From Ruminococcus sp. (lineage in GTDB: Bacteria; Bacillota; Clostridia; Oscillospirales; Ruminococcaceae), in contig JAFVBU010000304.1 in NCBI GenBank assembly GCA_017479805.1, positions 1 through 32,900 of the forward strand: 32,900 nucleotides of DNA, given 5' to 3'. The position numbers and the translations under genes were made by a program. Below the pieces are notes generated by a model. That model was not told the origin of the DNA. It ran no database searches and was given only the letters and a program-made list of their open reading frames with translations. Shown in pieces: positions 18,868 to 27,856 of this stretch. Within the stretch, counting starts at the first letter, position 1, and the number at the start of each line of letters is the position of its first letter.

Positions 18868-21273
18868 ATGAGCAGATATGATTATAAGTCTGTAGAGCCG
18901 AAATGGCAGAAATACTGGGAGGAGCATGATACATTCAAGGCTTCCGACGACTACAGCAAGAAAAAATTCTACGGACTGGTTGAATTCCCGTACCCATCGG
19001 GTCACGGTATGCACGTAGGTCACATCAAGGCTTACTCGGGGCTTGAGGTCGTTTCAAGAAAGCGCCGTATGGAGGGATACAACGTACTTTTCCCTATCGG
19101 CTTCGACGCTTACGGACTTCCTACCGAGAATACAGCTATCAAGGAGAACATCCACCCAAGAGTGGTAACTGACAGAAATATCGAGAAGTTCACAGGACAG
19201 CTCAAAACAGTCGGCTTCTCATTCGACTGGTCAAGAGTTGTTGATACTACCGATGAGAAATATTACAAGTGGACACAGTGGATATTCCTCAAAATGTTCG
19301 AGAAAGGACTTGTTTTCCGTGACAAGACCTCTGTAAACTACTGCCCGAGCTGTAAGGTAGTTCTCTCCAACGAGGACTCACAGGGCGGCAAGTGTGACGT
19401 TTGCCACAGCGATATCATCCAGAAAACTAAGGAAGTATGGTATCTCCGCATCACGGAGTACGCTGACAAGCTCCTTGAGGGACTGGAAACTGTTGACTAT
19501 CTGCCGAATGTAAAGCTCCAGCAGCAGAACTGGATAGGCAAGTCCACGGGCGCTTTCGTTGACTTCACCATCAAGGAGAACGGCGAAAAGCTCCGTATAT
19601 ACACAACCCGTCCCGACACTCTCTACGGCGTAACATTCATGGTTATCGCTCCCGAGCATCCTATCATCCAGAAGTACCGTGACTCCATCGCAAATATTAA
19701 GGCTCTGGACGACTACAAGGATGAGTGCGCTAAAAAGAGCGAATTCGAGAGAACTCAGCTTGTAAAGGACAAGACAGGCGTGAAGATAGACGGTCTTACC
19801 GCTGTAAATCCCGTAACAGGCAAGGAGATACCGATTTACATATCAGACTACGTAATGATGGGCTACGGCACAGGCGCTATCATGGCTGTTCCTGCACACG
19901 ATACCCGTGACTACGACTTCGCAAAGAAGTTCGGCATCGATATCATCGAGGTCATCAAGGGCGGTGATATCTCCAAGGAGGCTTACACAGGCGAGGGCGA
20001 GCTGGTCAACTCAGGCGACCTCAATGGCATCTCCAACAAGAAGGACGCCATAAACAAGGCTTTAGAGATACTTGAAAAGAAGGGCTGCGGCGAAAAGGGC
20101 GTTCAGTACAAGATGAAGGACTGGGCTTTCAACCGCCAGAGATACTGGGGCGAGCCTATCCCGATAGTACATTGTTCCGACTGCGGCATGGTAGCTGTAC
20201 CTTACGAGGAGCTTCCTCTGAGACTGCCTCCTGTTGAGAATTTCGAGCCGGGCACAGACGGCGAGAGCCCTCTGGCTAAGATAGACAGCTTCGTTAAGTG
20301 CAAGTGCCCCAAGTGCGGCAAGGACGCAAAGCGTGAGACAGACACAATGCCTCAGTGGGCTGGTTCTTCATGGTACTTCCTCCGTTACTGCGACCCACAC
20401 AATGACAACGAGTTCGCAGCACAGGAAGCACTGAAATACTGGATGCCCGTTGACTGGTACAACGGCGGTATGGAGCACGTTACAAGGCATATGATCTACA
20501 GCCGTTTCTGGCATAAGTTCCTCTACGATCTGGGACTTGTCCCCACAGCCGAGCCTTATGCAAAGCGTACCGCACAGGGACTTATCCTCGGACCCGACGG
20601 CGAGAAGATGTCCAAGTCAAGAGGAAACGTTATCGACCCCAACGACGTTGTTGAGGAATACGGCGCAGATGTTCTCCGTCTGTACGTTCTGTTCATGGGC
20701 GACTACGAAAAGGCTGCACCGTGGAGCGAGTCCTCCATCAAGGGCTGCAAGCGCTTCGAGGACAGAGTTTGGGGACTTCAGGATATTGTCGTTGACGGCG
20801 ACAGCTACAGCGACGCACTCCGCTCAAACTTCCACAAGACCATCAAGAAGGTAAGCGAAGATATCGAGGCTATGAAGTTCAACACCGCTATTGCCGCAAT
20901 GATGGCTCTTATCAACGATATCTACACAGCAGGCAGTCTCACAAAGGCTGAACTGGCTGATTTCTGCATCATGCTTTACCCCTTTGCACCTCATATCGCA
21001 GAGGAAATGTACAACAACCTGACAGGCAAGATCCTCAGCGAGCAGTCATGGGTGACCTATGACGAGGCTCTCTGCAAGGATGAGACTATCGAGATCGTTG
21101 TCCAGATCAACGGCAAGGTAAAGGCAAAGCTGAACATTGCAGTTGACGAGCCGCAGGATTCCGTTATGGAAAAGGCTATGGCTGACGAAAAGGTCAAGGA
21201 AGCCGTTGCAGGAAAGAATATCGTAAAACAGATATATGTACCAAATAAAATTGTTAATATTGTGGCAAAATAA
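18868..21273 (+). CDS. leuS: Leucine--tRNA ligase
   Basis: EFPYPSG, HVGH, CP1 editing motifs YTTRPDT and GTGAIMAVPAHD, RQRYWGEPIP, KMSKS. Confidence 0.98.
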   Translation: MSRYDYKSVEPKWQKYWEEHDTFKASDDYSKKKFYGLVEFPYPSGHGMHVGHIKAYSGLEVVSRKRRMEGYNVLFPIGFDAYGLPTENTAIKENIHPRVVTDRNIEKFTGQLKTVGFSFDWSRVVDTTDEKYYKWTQWIFLKMFEKGLVFRDKTSVNYCPSCKVVLSNEDSQGGKCDVCHSDIIQKTKEVWYLRITEYADKLLEGLETVDYLPNVKLQQQNWIGKSTGAFVDFTIKENGEKLRIYTTRPDTLYGVTFMVIAPEHPIIQKYRDSIANIKALDDYKDECAKKSEFERTQLVKDKTGVKIDGLTAVNPVTGKEIPIYISDYVMMGYGTGAIMAVPAHDTRDYDFAKKFGIDIIEVIKGGDISKEAYTGEGELVNSGDLNGISNKKDAINKALEILEKKGCGEKGVQYKMKDWAFNRQRYWGEPIPIVHCSDCGMVAVPYEELPLRLPPVENFEPGTDGESPLAKIDSFVKCKCPKCGKDAKRETDTMPQWAGSSWYFLRYCDPHNDNEFAAQEALKYWMPVDWYNGGMEHVTRHMIYSRFWHKFLYDLGLVPTAEPYAKRTAQGLILGPDGEKMSKSRGNVIDPNDVVEEYGADVLRLYVLFMGDYEKAAPWSESSIKGCKRFEDRVWGLQDIVVDGDSYSDALRSNFHKTIKKVSEDIEAMKFNTAIAAMMALINDIYTAGSLTKAELADFCIMLYPFAPHIAEEMYNNLTGKILSEQSWVTYDEALCKDETIEIVVQINGKVKAKLNIAVDEPQDSVMEKAMADEKVKEAVAGKNIVKQIYVPNKIVNIVAK

Positions 21274-21300
21274 CGATTTTATCAAAAATCCAAAAAATGC

Positions 21301-21329
21301 TTGACAATGTCTCTGAAATATGATAGAAT
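21301..21329 (+). promoter_or_regulatory. Sigma-A promoter for rpsU
   Basis: TTGACA-17 bp-TAGAAT with an extended -10 TGn. Confidence 0.8.
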
Positions 21330-21458
21330 AATGTTATATTATTATAAAGAATTTGTATATCTGCTGTTTCAGGGTATAGTTATCTAACACCGAAAGGTGA
21401 TTAGTATAGATGCAGGTGGGTTACCATTTGCAACCTCTGGACAAGGGAGGGAAAATTA

Positions 21459-21632
21459 GTGGCAGAAGTTCGTGTAGGCAAGAATGAGTCTCTGGACACA
21501 GCTCTTAAGAGATTTAAGAGATCATGTGCAAAGGACGGCGTTATTGCTGAGGTTCGTAAGAGAGAGCACTACGAGAAGCCTTCAGTTAAGCGTAAGAAGA
21601 AGTCTGAGGCAGCTCGTAAGCGTAAGTATTGA
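21459..21632 (+). CDS. rpsU: 30S ribosomal protein S21 (57 aa, absent from the ORF track)
   Basis: GTG start after GGGAGG; hand translation [57 protein letters not shown]. Confidence 0.97.
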   Translation: MAEVRVGKNESLDTALKRFKRSCAKDGVIAEVRKREHYEKPSVKRKKKSEAARKRKY

Positions 21633-21657
21633 TCTTGCGAAAATGATTTATGTTGAT

Positions 21658-21682
21658 AAAAGCGGGCTGCGGCTCGCTTTTT
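21658..21682 (+). terminator. Rho-independent terminator after rpsU
   Basis: AAAAGCGGGC-TGCG-GCTCGCTTTT-T. Confidence 0.8.
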
Positions 21683-21707
21683 CATTTGTCAAATTACTAT
21701 TACGGAG

Positions 21708-22241
21708 TTGAATGGCTTGGGACTCAGACACAAGATCACTAAGACCGAACCCGATTTCGCTTTCAGGAAAACTACCGACATAACCCCCGGATTTCTGAAA
21801 GAACACGGTATCAAGGGGCTTATTCTGGACGTTGACAATACTCTCACCACCCACGATAACCCCGTGCCTGCAAAGGGCATCAGGGAGTGGCTGGATAATA
21901 TGAGAAAAAGCGGCATAAAGCTGATAATCGTCTCCAATAATCATCCCGACCGTGTCAAGCCTTTTGCCGATCCTCTGGGACTTGACTACGTCTGCGACAG
22001 CGGCAAGCCCCTCAGAAAAGGCTACACTCAGGCTATGGCGAAAATGGGACTTACAAATAAAGAAACAGCCGCTGTTGGTGACCAGCTTTTTACCGATATA
22101 TGGGGGGCTGTGTTCGCTAAAATAACGGCTATATACGTCAAACCAATGGAACTTGAGGGCAGGCACAAGCGCTTCATCCGCTTCAAAAGAGTGATGGAGA
22201 AGCCTTTTCTGCCCAAACGATTTGAAAGGAAGAAAATATGA
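21708..22241 (+). CDS. yqeG: YqeG-family HAD IIIA phosphatase
   Basis: LDVDNTL, VSNN, KP and VGDQLFTDIWG motifs; start may be TTG 21717. Confidence 0.92.
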   Translation: MNGLGLRHKITKTEPDFAFRKTTDITPGFLKEHGIKGLILDVDNTLTTHDNPVPAKGIREWLDNMRKSGIKLIIVSNNHPDRVKPFADPLGLDYVCDSGKPLRKGYTQAMAKMGLTNKETAAVGDQLFTDIWGAVFAKITAIYVKPMELEGRHKRFIRFKRVMEKPFLPKRFERKKI

Positions 22242-22669
22242 TAAAGAAAATTCTTGTTATCCACGGTCCGAACCTCAACCTTTTAGGTGAGCGTGAACCG
22301 GGCATTTATGGCGATACATCCATCGATGTGCTCAACGCAAATATCATCGACAGAGCAAAGGAACAGGGGCTTAGCTGTGAGGTTTTTCAGTCCAACCATG
22401 AGGGCGCTATCATCGATAAGCTCCATGCCGCAAGGACTGAGTTCGACGGCGTCATCATCAACGCAGGTGCGTACACTCACTACAGCTACGCTATCAGAGA
22501 CGCCATTGCCGCTATAAAGATACCCGTTATCGAGGTGCACATCAGCAACGTCTTTGCACGTGACGAGTTCCGCTCAAATTCCGTTATCGCTCCCGTCTGC
22601 AAGGGAAGCATCAGCGGCTTCGGCTTCGGCAGCTATTATCTGGCTGTACAGGCTCTCTCCGAGCTTTGA
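22238..22669 (+). CDS. aroQ: Type II 3-dehydroquinate dehydratase
   Basis: HGPNLNLLGEREP, QSNHEG, NAGAYTH and EVHISN motifs. Confidence 0.97.
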   Translation: MIKKILVIHGPNLNLLGEREPGIYGDTSIDVLNANIIDRAKEQGLSCEVFQSNHEGAIIDKLHAARTEFDGVIINAGAYTHYSYAIRDAIAAIKIPVIEVHISNVFARDEFRSNSVIAPVCKGSISGFGFGSYYLAVQALSEL

Positions 22670-22680
22670 GAGGTGCAGGG

Positions 22681-23748
22681 ATGAACAGATTTGAGAAATT
22701 GTTTGAGCGCTTCAACTCCGCTGACTGCGCTCTTATAACGTCCGATATCAACAGGCGCTACTTCACGGGGATGAAGTCCTCCGCAGGCGTGATACTGGCA
22801 TTTCCACAGAAAGCCTACCTGCTCATTGATTTCAGATACATCGAAAAGGCAAGGGCAACTGTCACCGATGCCGAGGTCATCGAGCTGAAAAGGCTGTTCC
22901 CACAGGTCTCCGAGCTTCTGAAAAAGCACGAGGCAAACAGTATGGCTATCGAGTCCGAGACAATGACCGTCAAGGAGCTGAACACCTACCGCCACTTCTT
23001 CAAGGATCTGAAAATCGTTTCCGACGACTCGCTGAGCAACGATATTTCGGCTCTGCGTATGGTCAAGGACGATGAGGAGATAGAGTGCATAAAAATGGCA
23101 CAGCGCATTGCGGAAATGTCGCTGGAGGAGCTTCTTCCGTTCATCAGGGTCGGCAGAACTGAGCGTGAAATAGCCCTTGAACTGAACAGGCTCATGTTCA
23201 AGAACGGGGCAGAGGATCTTTCGTTTGAGACTATCGTTTTAGCAGGCAGGAACACCTCAATGCCCCACGGCGTACCGTCCGAGAAAAAGGTGGAGGACGG
23301 CGAATTCGTGCTGATGGACTTCGGTGCAGTCTACAACGGCTACCACAGCGATATGACTCGTACAGTGTGCGTCGGCAAGCCAAGCGAGGAGATGGAAAAG
23401 GTATACAATATCGTCCTCGAAGCCCAGCTTGCAGGCATTGAAGCAGCGAGAGCAGGCATAGTTGGAAGCGCTCTTGACAAGGTGTCCCGTGACATCATTG
23501 AAGCCGCAGGCTACGGTGAGTGCTTCGGTCATTCCCTCGGTCACGGCGTGGGTCTGGAGATTCACGAAAAGCCCAATGCTTCACCCAATTACAAGCTGCC
23601 GCTGAGCAGCGGTGCGGTGGTTACCGTCGAGCCGGGAATCTACATCGAGGGCAAGTTTGGTGTGCGAATTGAGGATTTTGTCATTTTAACCGAAAATGGC
23701 TGCGAAAATATGACGAAATGTGCAAAAAATCTCATAAGTTTAGATTAA
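22681..23748 (+). CDS. Xaa-Pro aminopeptidase (M24B, YqhT/PapA-like)
   Basis: [33 protein letters not shown] and GVRIED motifs; aroQ-peptidase-efp order. Confidence 0.95.
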   Translation: MNRFEKLFERFNSADCALITSDINRRYFTGMKSSAGVILAFPQKAYLLIDFRYIEKARATVTDAEVIELKRLFPQVSELLKKHEANSMAIESETMTVKELNTYRHFFKDLKIVSDDSLSNDISALRMVKDDEEIECIKMAQRIAEMSLEELLPFIRVGRTEREIALELNRLMFKNGAEDLSFETIVLAGRNTSMPHGVPSEKKVEDGEFVLMDFGAVYNGYHSDMTRTVCVGKPSEEMEKVYNIVLEAQLAGIEAARAGIVGSALDKVSRDIIEAAGYGECFGHSLGHGVGLEIHEKPNASPNYKLPLSSGAVVTVEPGIYIEGKFGVRIEDFVILTENGCENMTKCAKNLISLD

Positions 23749-23762
23749 TATTGCTTTAGGTA

Positions 23763-23791
23763 TTGCAATAAAACGGAAAATATGGTATAAT
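23763..23791 (+). promoter_or_regulatory. Sigma-A promoter for efp
   Basis: TTGCAA-17 bp-TATAAT with an extended TG. Confidence 0.8.
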
Positions 23792-23830
23792 AGTCCATAT
23801 TATAAATTGAAAAAATACGGAGGTATTATA

Positions 23831-24388
23831 ATGATTTCAGCAGGAGATTTCAGAAACGGCGTTACTTTTGAGCTTGACGGACAGGTTGTTCAGGTTATTG
23901 AATTCCAGCACGTTAAGCCGGGAAAGGGTGCTGCTTTTGTAAGAACTAAATACAAGAACGTTATCACAGGTTCTGTTGTTGAAACTTCTTTCAACCCAAC
24001 AGCTAAGTTCCCTACAGCATTCGTTGAGAGAAAGGATATGCAGTACAGCTACAGCGACGGCGACCTTTACTACTTCATGGACCTTGAGTCCTACGAGCAG
24101 GTTCCGATCAGCGCTGACAAGCTCCCTGACAGCTTCAAGTTCGTTAAGGAAGAAATGATCTGTAAGGTGCTCTCATACAAGGGCAGCGTTTTCGGTGTTG
24201 AGCCGCCAAACTTCGTTGAGCTGAAGGTTACTCAGACTGACCCCGGCTTCAAGGGCGATACAGCTACAAACGCTACAAAGCCTGCTACACTGGAGACAGG
24301 TGCAGAGATCAAGGTTCCGCTGTTCATCGACGAGGGCGAAATGATCCAGATCGATACAAGAACAGGCGAGTATATGTCAAGAGCATAA
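23831..24388 (+). CDS. efp: Elongation factor P
   Basis: [17 protein letters not shown] and KPATLETGA motifs; ATG 23831 follows GGAGGT. Confidence 0.98.
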   Translation: MISAGDFRNGVTFELDGQVVQVIEFQHVKPGKGAAFVRTKYKNVITGSVVETSFNPTAKFPTAFVERKDMQYSYSDGDLYYFMDLESYEQVPISADKLPDSFKFVKEEMICKVLSYKGSVFGVEPPNFVELKVTQTDPGFKGDTATNATKPATLETGAEIKVPLFIDEGEMIQIDTRTGEYMSRA

Positions 24389-24434
24389 TCAGAACTTTTA
24401 ACTTATATTTTATACATCGGGAGGAGGAGCTTGT

Positions 24435-24989
24435 ATGAAGCTGACCGAAAAAATGTCATATTTACAGGGACTTCTTGAGGGTCTCGAAATCGATAAGTCC
24501 ACTAAGGAGGGCAAGGCTCTCGTTCAGATGGCTGAGGTAATGTCTGAGATGGTTCTTTACGTCGAGGACTTGCAGTCACAGGTGGATGAGCTTACAGAGC
24601 TGTGCGACATCCTCGATCAGGATCTGGGCGCTGTTGAGGACGACCTCTATGAGGACGACGATGACCTCGCCTGTGGTGAGTGCAGTGGTGACTGCTCGAC
24701 CTGCGATGAGGAGGACGGCGACTGGGAGGCTTACGACTGGGACGACGACAGCGACGAGGACGACGATGAGTTCGACTTCGGCGAAGATGATGACGACGAT
24801 GAGCTTTATGAGATCACCTGTCCAACCTGCGGAGACACTATTCTCCTTGACGAGGGCATGATCGATGAGGGCTCTATGAACTGTCCGAACTGCAACGAGC
24901 TTCTTGAATTTGACTACGACGACCTTACAATAGAGGAAGTTGAGGAGCTTAACGAAGAAGCTGAAAAGGCAGAAGAAGAAAATAAGTGA
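24435..24989 (+). CDS. Acidic Zn-ribbon protein (CD1247-N-like family found next to efp in Clostridia)
   Basis: N-terminal helical part SYLQGLLEGL, acidic linker, CPTC...CPNC. Confidence 0.8.
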   Translation: MKLTEKMSYLQGLLEGLEIDKSTKEGKALVQMAEVMSEMVLYVEDLQSQVDELTELCDILDQDLGAVEDDLYEDDDDLACGECSGDCSTCDEEDGDWEAYDWDDDSDEDDDEFDFGEDDDDDELYEITCPTCGDTILLDEGMIDEGSMNCPNCNELLEFDYDDLTIEEVEELNEEAEKAEEENK

Positions 24990-24994
24990 TCAGT

Positions 24995-25029
24995 ATTAAG
25001 CGGTCAGAGTTATCTGACCGCTTAATTTC
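24995..25029 (+). terminator. Probable terminator hairpin
   Basis: Perfect 14-bp stem ATTAAGCGGTCAGA-GTTA-TCTGACCGCTTAAT; short T tail. Confidence 0.7.
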
Positions 25030-25047
25030 ATGGTAAGGGTGACCGGG

Positions 25048-25329
25048 ATGGAAAGAAAAAGATTTGAACTTCCGCTGATAATTTTCGCAATAGCAGCTTT
25101 ATTGCTTGTGATGGTGTTTGATCTGCCTGTAGAGGGCATGATGGCAGGATTCGTTGTGCTGGCGATCTCGATTTACAGGAGGTCGGTCAGTAAGATACTG
25201 ATACCCACAGCAGCGTCGGCAATATCTATTGTAGTCGGGCTTGGAACATTTATTATGATGTTGATGGCAAGTCTTGAACAGGGCGCACCTGCATCAGATT
25301 ATTGGCTGATAAATGTAATATTTGGTTAA
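25048..25329 (+). CDS. Small hypothetical membrane protein
   Basis: Hydrophobic ORF (3-4 TM segments); start at 25030 or 25048 is uncertain. Confidence 0.55.
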   Translation: MERKRFELPLIIFAIAALLLVMVFDLPVEGMMAGFVVLAISIYRRSVSKILIPTAASAISIVVGLGTFIMMLMASLEQGAPASDYWLINVIFG

Positions 25330-25330
25330 A

Positions 25331-25368
25331 AAGTCCGAAAACAGCTAATTTTAGCAGCTTTCGGACTT
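25331..25368. terminator. Hairpin between convergent genes (probable bidirectional terminator)
   Basis: AAGTCCGAAA...TTTCGGACTT stem; T tract on the minus strand. Confidence 0.7.
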
Positions 25369-25370
25369 CA

Positions 25371-25943
25371 TTATTTCTCATACTGTGCGATTATTTTTTC
25401 CGCCACCTCACGCCTTGTCTGGCGGTTGTTCATTGCCTGCTTTGCAATATAGCGGTGTGCCTGCGGTTCGGTGAATTTCAGGTACTTCATAAGGGCGGAC
25501 TTGGCACGGTTGATGAGCCGCATTTCGTCGATACGGTTCAGCACCTCGGGCGTTTCCCTTTTCATGCCCATCATTCGTGAACGTGCGTAGGTGACCAGTC
25601 TCACCGTCTGCACAAGAGTTTCACGGTTCAGCGGACGGGGGACAACGTTGATACCGTGGTCGGAAACGCTGTAGGCTATCTCCTCAGCGATATCGTTGCC
25701 GCAGATGAGGATTATCCCTGCCGCAGTATTCTCGGCAGTCATTTCCGCAAGCTCCTGCCCGAATTCATCGGAAAGGGGCATATTTATTATGACCAGATCA
25801 GGCTCAGTTTCGCCCGAAATGAGCCGTCTTGCCTCATTTCCGCCGGTTACTGAGGCTATCCACCCGAAGCCCTCGCCAGCCAAAACAGCCTCGGCTTTCT
25901 GCGTAATATCGGGGTTAGAAGATACGATAACTGCTCTTTCCAT
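25371..25943 (-). CDS. ANTAR-domain antiterminator with a pseudo-receiver domain (AmiR/NasT/NitR-like)
   Basis: C-terminal ANTAR LINRAKSALM...EPQAHRYIAKQAMNNR. The receiver fold has VIVSS in place of DD, LVIIN in place of the phospho-Asp, and RP in place of KP. Confidence 0.9.
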   Translation of the reverse strand: MERAVIVSSNPDITQKAEAVLAGEGFGWIASVTGGNEARRLISGETEPDLVIINMPLSDEFGQELAEMTAENTAAGIILICGNDIAEEIAYSVSDHGINVVPRPLNRETLVQTVRLVTYARSRMMGMKRETPEVLNRIDEMRLINRAKSALMKYLKFTEPQAHRYIAKQAMNNRQTRREVAEKIIAQYEK

Positions 25944-25951
25944 TGCTTACC

Positions 25952-27244
25952 TCAGATGTATTTGAAATAGGTGCGGTACTCGAATTCGTCCTTGTCGTCG
26001 GCGGCATTGTATTTTCTTATCTGGTGGTCGGTGTGGTCGAAAATATCCGTACAGACCTCGGCAGACAGGTTGCTTCTGACAAAATCGCTGTTCTTTGCGA
26101 TATTTATAGCTTCCTCCAGAGTCTCGGGGAGAAGCTGGAGATCCATAGCCGAGCCGTCTTTCATGGTGCTGTCAAGGAGGGTGCAGTCGTTGGACTTTAT
26201 ACCCTCGATACCTGCGGCAAGGAGCAGCTTGAAAGCGGCATAGGGGTTGCAGCAGGCGTCAGCGGAACGAAGCTCTATTCTCGGAGTTGTGCCCACGGAC
26301 TTGGGTATGCGTATGAGCTGTGCACGGTTCTCGCATGACCAGTCCACGTATTTCGGCGCATAGCCCATGCCGAAGCGCTTATAGGAATTGGTGGTGCAGT
26401 TGAGGAAAGCGGTTATCTCACGGATACGTGTGAGGATTCCCGAAATAAAGCATTTTCCCTCATGTGACATTTCGCTCAGGTCTGAGCCGAAAATATTCTC
26501 CCCACGCTTCTTAATGCTGATGGAAATGCTCAGTGCGCTGCCGTGCTCGTTGGGGAGAGGCTTAGGCATGAACGAGGCGAAAAGTCCGCTCTGTGCCGCT
26601 ATGGACTTTACCACTGTCTTGTAGTGTACCATATTGTCAGCGGCAGTGACAGGCTCATTTTCACGGAACTCTATCTCATTCTGAGCAGGGCCGTGCTTGT
26701 GGCAGGAGCTTTTGGGGTTCATGCCCATTTCCTCGAGGGACAGGCAAATTTCTCGCCTTGCGTTCTCGCACTTGTCCAGCGGAGCAACATCGAGGTAGCC
26801 GCCGTTGTCGTGGGGGATACGTGTAGGCTCGCCCTTTTCGTCCAGCTCAAACAGGTAGAACTCGCATTTCGTGCCCATTTCGCAGGTGTAGCCGTCCAGA
26901 CGGAGCTGATTGATATAGTTGGTTAGGTCGGTACGGGTATCGCCCACGTAGTCGCTGCCGTCCATATTTTTAAGGGAGCAGAAGAAGCGGACAACTCGTC
27001 CCGACTTAGGTCTCCACGGCAATACGGAAAGAGTGGATATATCGGGGACGAGGAGCAGATCGGACGTACCGTTTGCGATAGTCGAGGAATCAAAGGGTAT
27101 GCCGTACTCAAAAGCCCTCGGCAGCTCATCGGGCATGATAGCGACATTTTTGAGATTGCCGAACATATCGCAGAATGTGAGCCTTATGAATTTTACGTCA
27201 TTTTCCTCTATGAAGTTTAGTATTTCCTTTGGAGAAAAACTCAT
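25952..27244 (-). CDS. glnA: Glutamine synthetase type I-like protein with a degenerate active site
   Basis: End-to-end GSI similarity (VKFIRLTFCD, ELDEKGEPT, GGYLDVAP, FMPKP, NSYKR, NRAQLIRIP, RIELRSAD, NPY); SD AGGAGG upstream. Confidence 0.9.
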   Translation of the reverse strand: MSFSPKEILNFIEENDVKFIRLTFCDMFGNLKNVAIMPDELPRAFEYGIPFDSSTIANGTSDLLLVPDISTLSVLPWRPKSGRVVRFFCSLKNMDGSDYVGDTRTDLTNYINQLRLDGYTCEMGTKCEFYLFELDEKGEPTRIPHDNGGYLDVAPLDKCENARREICLSLEEMGMNPKSSCHKHGPAQNEIEFRENEPVTAADNMVHYKTVVKSIAAQSGLFASFMPKPLPNEHGSALSISISIKKRGENIFGSDLSEMSHEGKCFISGILTRIREITAFLNCTTNSYKRFGMGYAPKYVDWSCENRAQLIRIPKSVGTTPRIELRSADACCNPYAAFKLLLAAGIEGIKSNDCTLLDSTMKDGSAMDLQLLPETLEEAINIAKNSDFVRSNLSAEVCTDIFDHTDHQIRKYNAADDKDEFEYRTYFKYI

Positions 27245-27270
27245 TTCAAAACCTCCTGTTTTTAGCCGAT

Positions 27271-27323
27271 GTATGGGACGGCGTCCCCGACGTCCCGTTT
27301 GTAGGGGCGGATACCATCCGCCC
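27271..27323 (+). repeat. Tandem pair of REP-like palindromes in the glnA upstream region
   Basis: GTAT-GGGAC(GGC)GTC-CCC-GACGTCCC and GTAG-GGGCGGAT-ACC-ATCCGCCC. Confidence 0.7.
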
Positions 27324-27349
27324 GTGCGGACACGCTTCGCTGACGATTA

Positions 27350-27697
27350 TTATACAGGAAAGCTATGCCCGTCTTTTCTTTTCAAAAGAACCGCCTCCCC
27401 TTTCTGTGTTGCCCATAATATCACTTTTGCAACAAAAAGCGGCGTAATTATCTCAGGAATATCAAAAGGCAGTTCATATCTGTGCCATGTACCGTCGGAC
27501 TTTTCTGTTTTAAACAGTTTTCCCTTGCTTATCAGATAGGGTATTTCTGTTTTCAGCGGACAAGTCAGCACGTAATCTTTATTTTCCGATACGATACTCA
27601 AAAGATAATAAGGGGATTCATCATCCTGCGACACATACCAGATATACTCATTTTCGTCCACTGTGATCTTTCTTCTGCCTTTTTTTCGGACTGCCAT
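27350..27697 (-). CDS. Hypothetical protein, 115 aa (MAVRKKGRRKITVDENEYIW...)
   Basis: ATG at 27697 with a GGAG SD at 27705-27708. The longer track ORF runs into the repeat. GC is lower than in neighbouring genes. Confidence 0.75.
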   Translation of the reverse strand: MAVRKKGRRKITVDENEYIWYVSQDDESPYYLLSIVSENKDYVLTCPLKTEIPYLISKGKLFKTEKSDGTWHRYELPFDIPEIITPLFVAKVILWATQKGEAVLLKRKDGHSFPV

Positions 27698-27701
27698 AAA
27701 C

Positions 27702-27855
27702 ACGCTCCAATCGCTGTAACTATTCCTATAAATCAGAATTTGCCGCTGAGCGAGCGGCGGCGCACTCACGCTCCCACTCGCAAAGCTCGTTCAGTCTCTG
27801 CGGTGCGGTCAGTCTGCTTTCGCTCGCTGACACTATTTTTATAAATCATAATTTA
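27702..27855 (-). repeat. Left arm of a 154-bp inverted repeat
   Basis: Gap-free reverse complement of 28410-28563 with 20 mismatches by hand count. Confidence 0.95.
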
Positions 27856-27856
27856 G

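Noticed and set aside
21484-21711. 75-aa ORF from the track
   Set aside because: Out-of-frame shadow of rpsU that runs through its terminator.
23831-24388. Unusual EF-P modification system
   Set aside because: The loop is the standard PGKG type and no modification enzyme is recognisable nearby.
27245-27349. ANTAR target (dual hexaloop) in the glnA leader
   Set aside because: The hairpins have 3-nt loops and long GC stems with no overlapping terminator; they fit REPs better.
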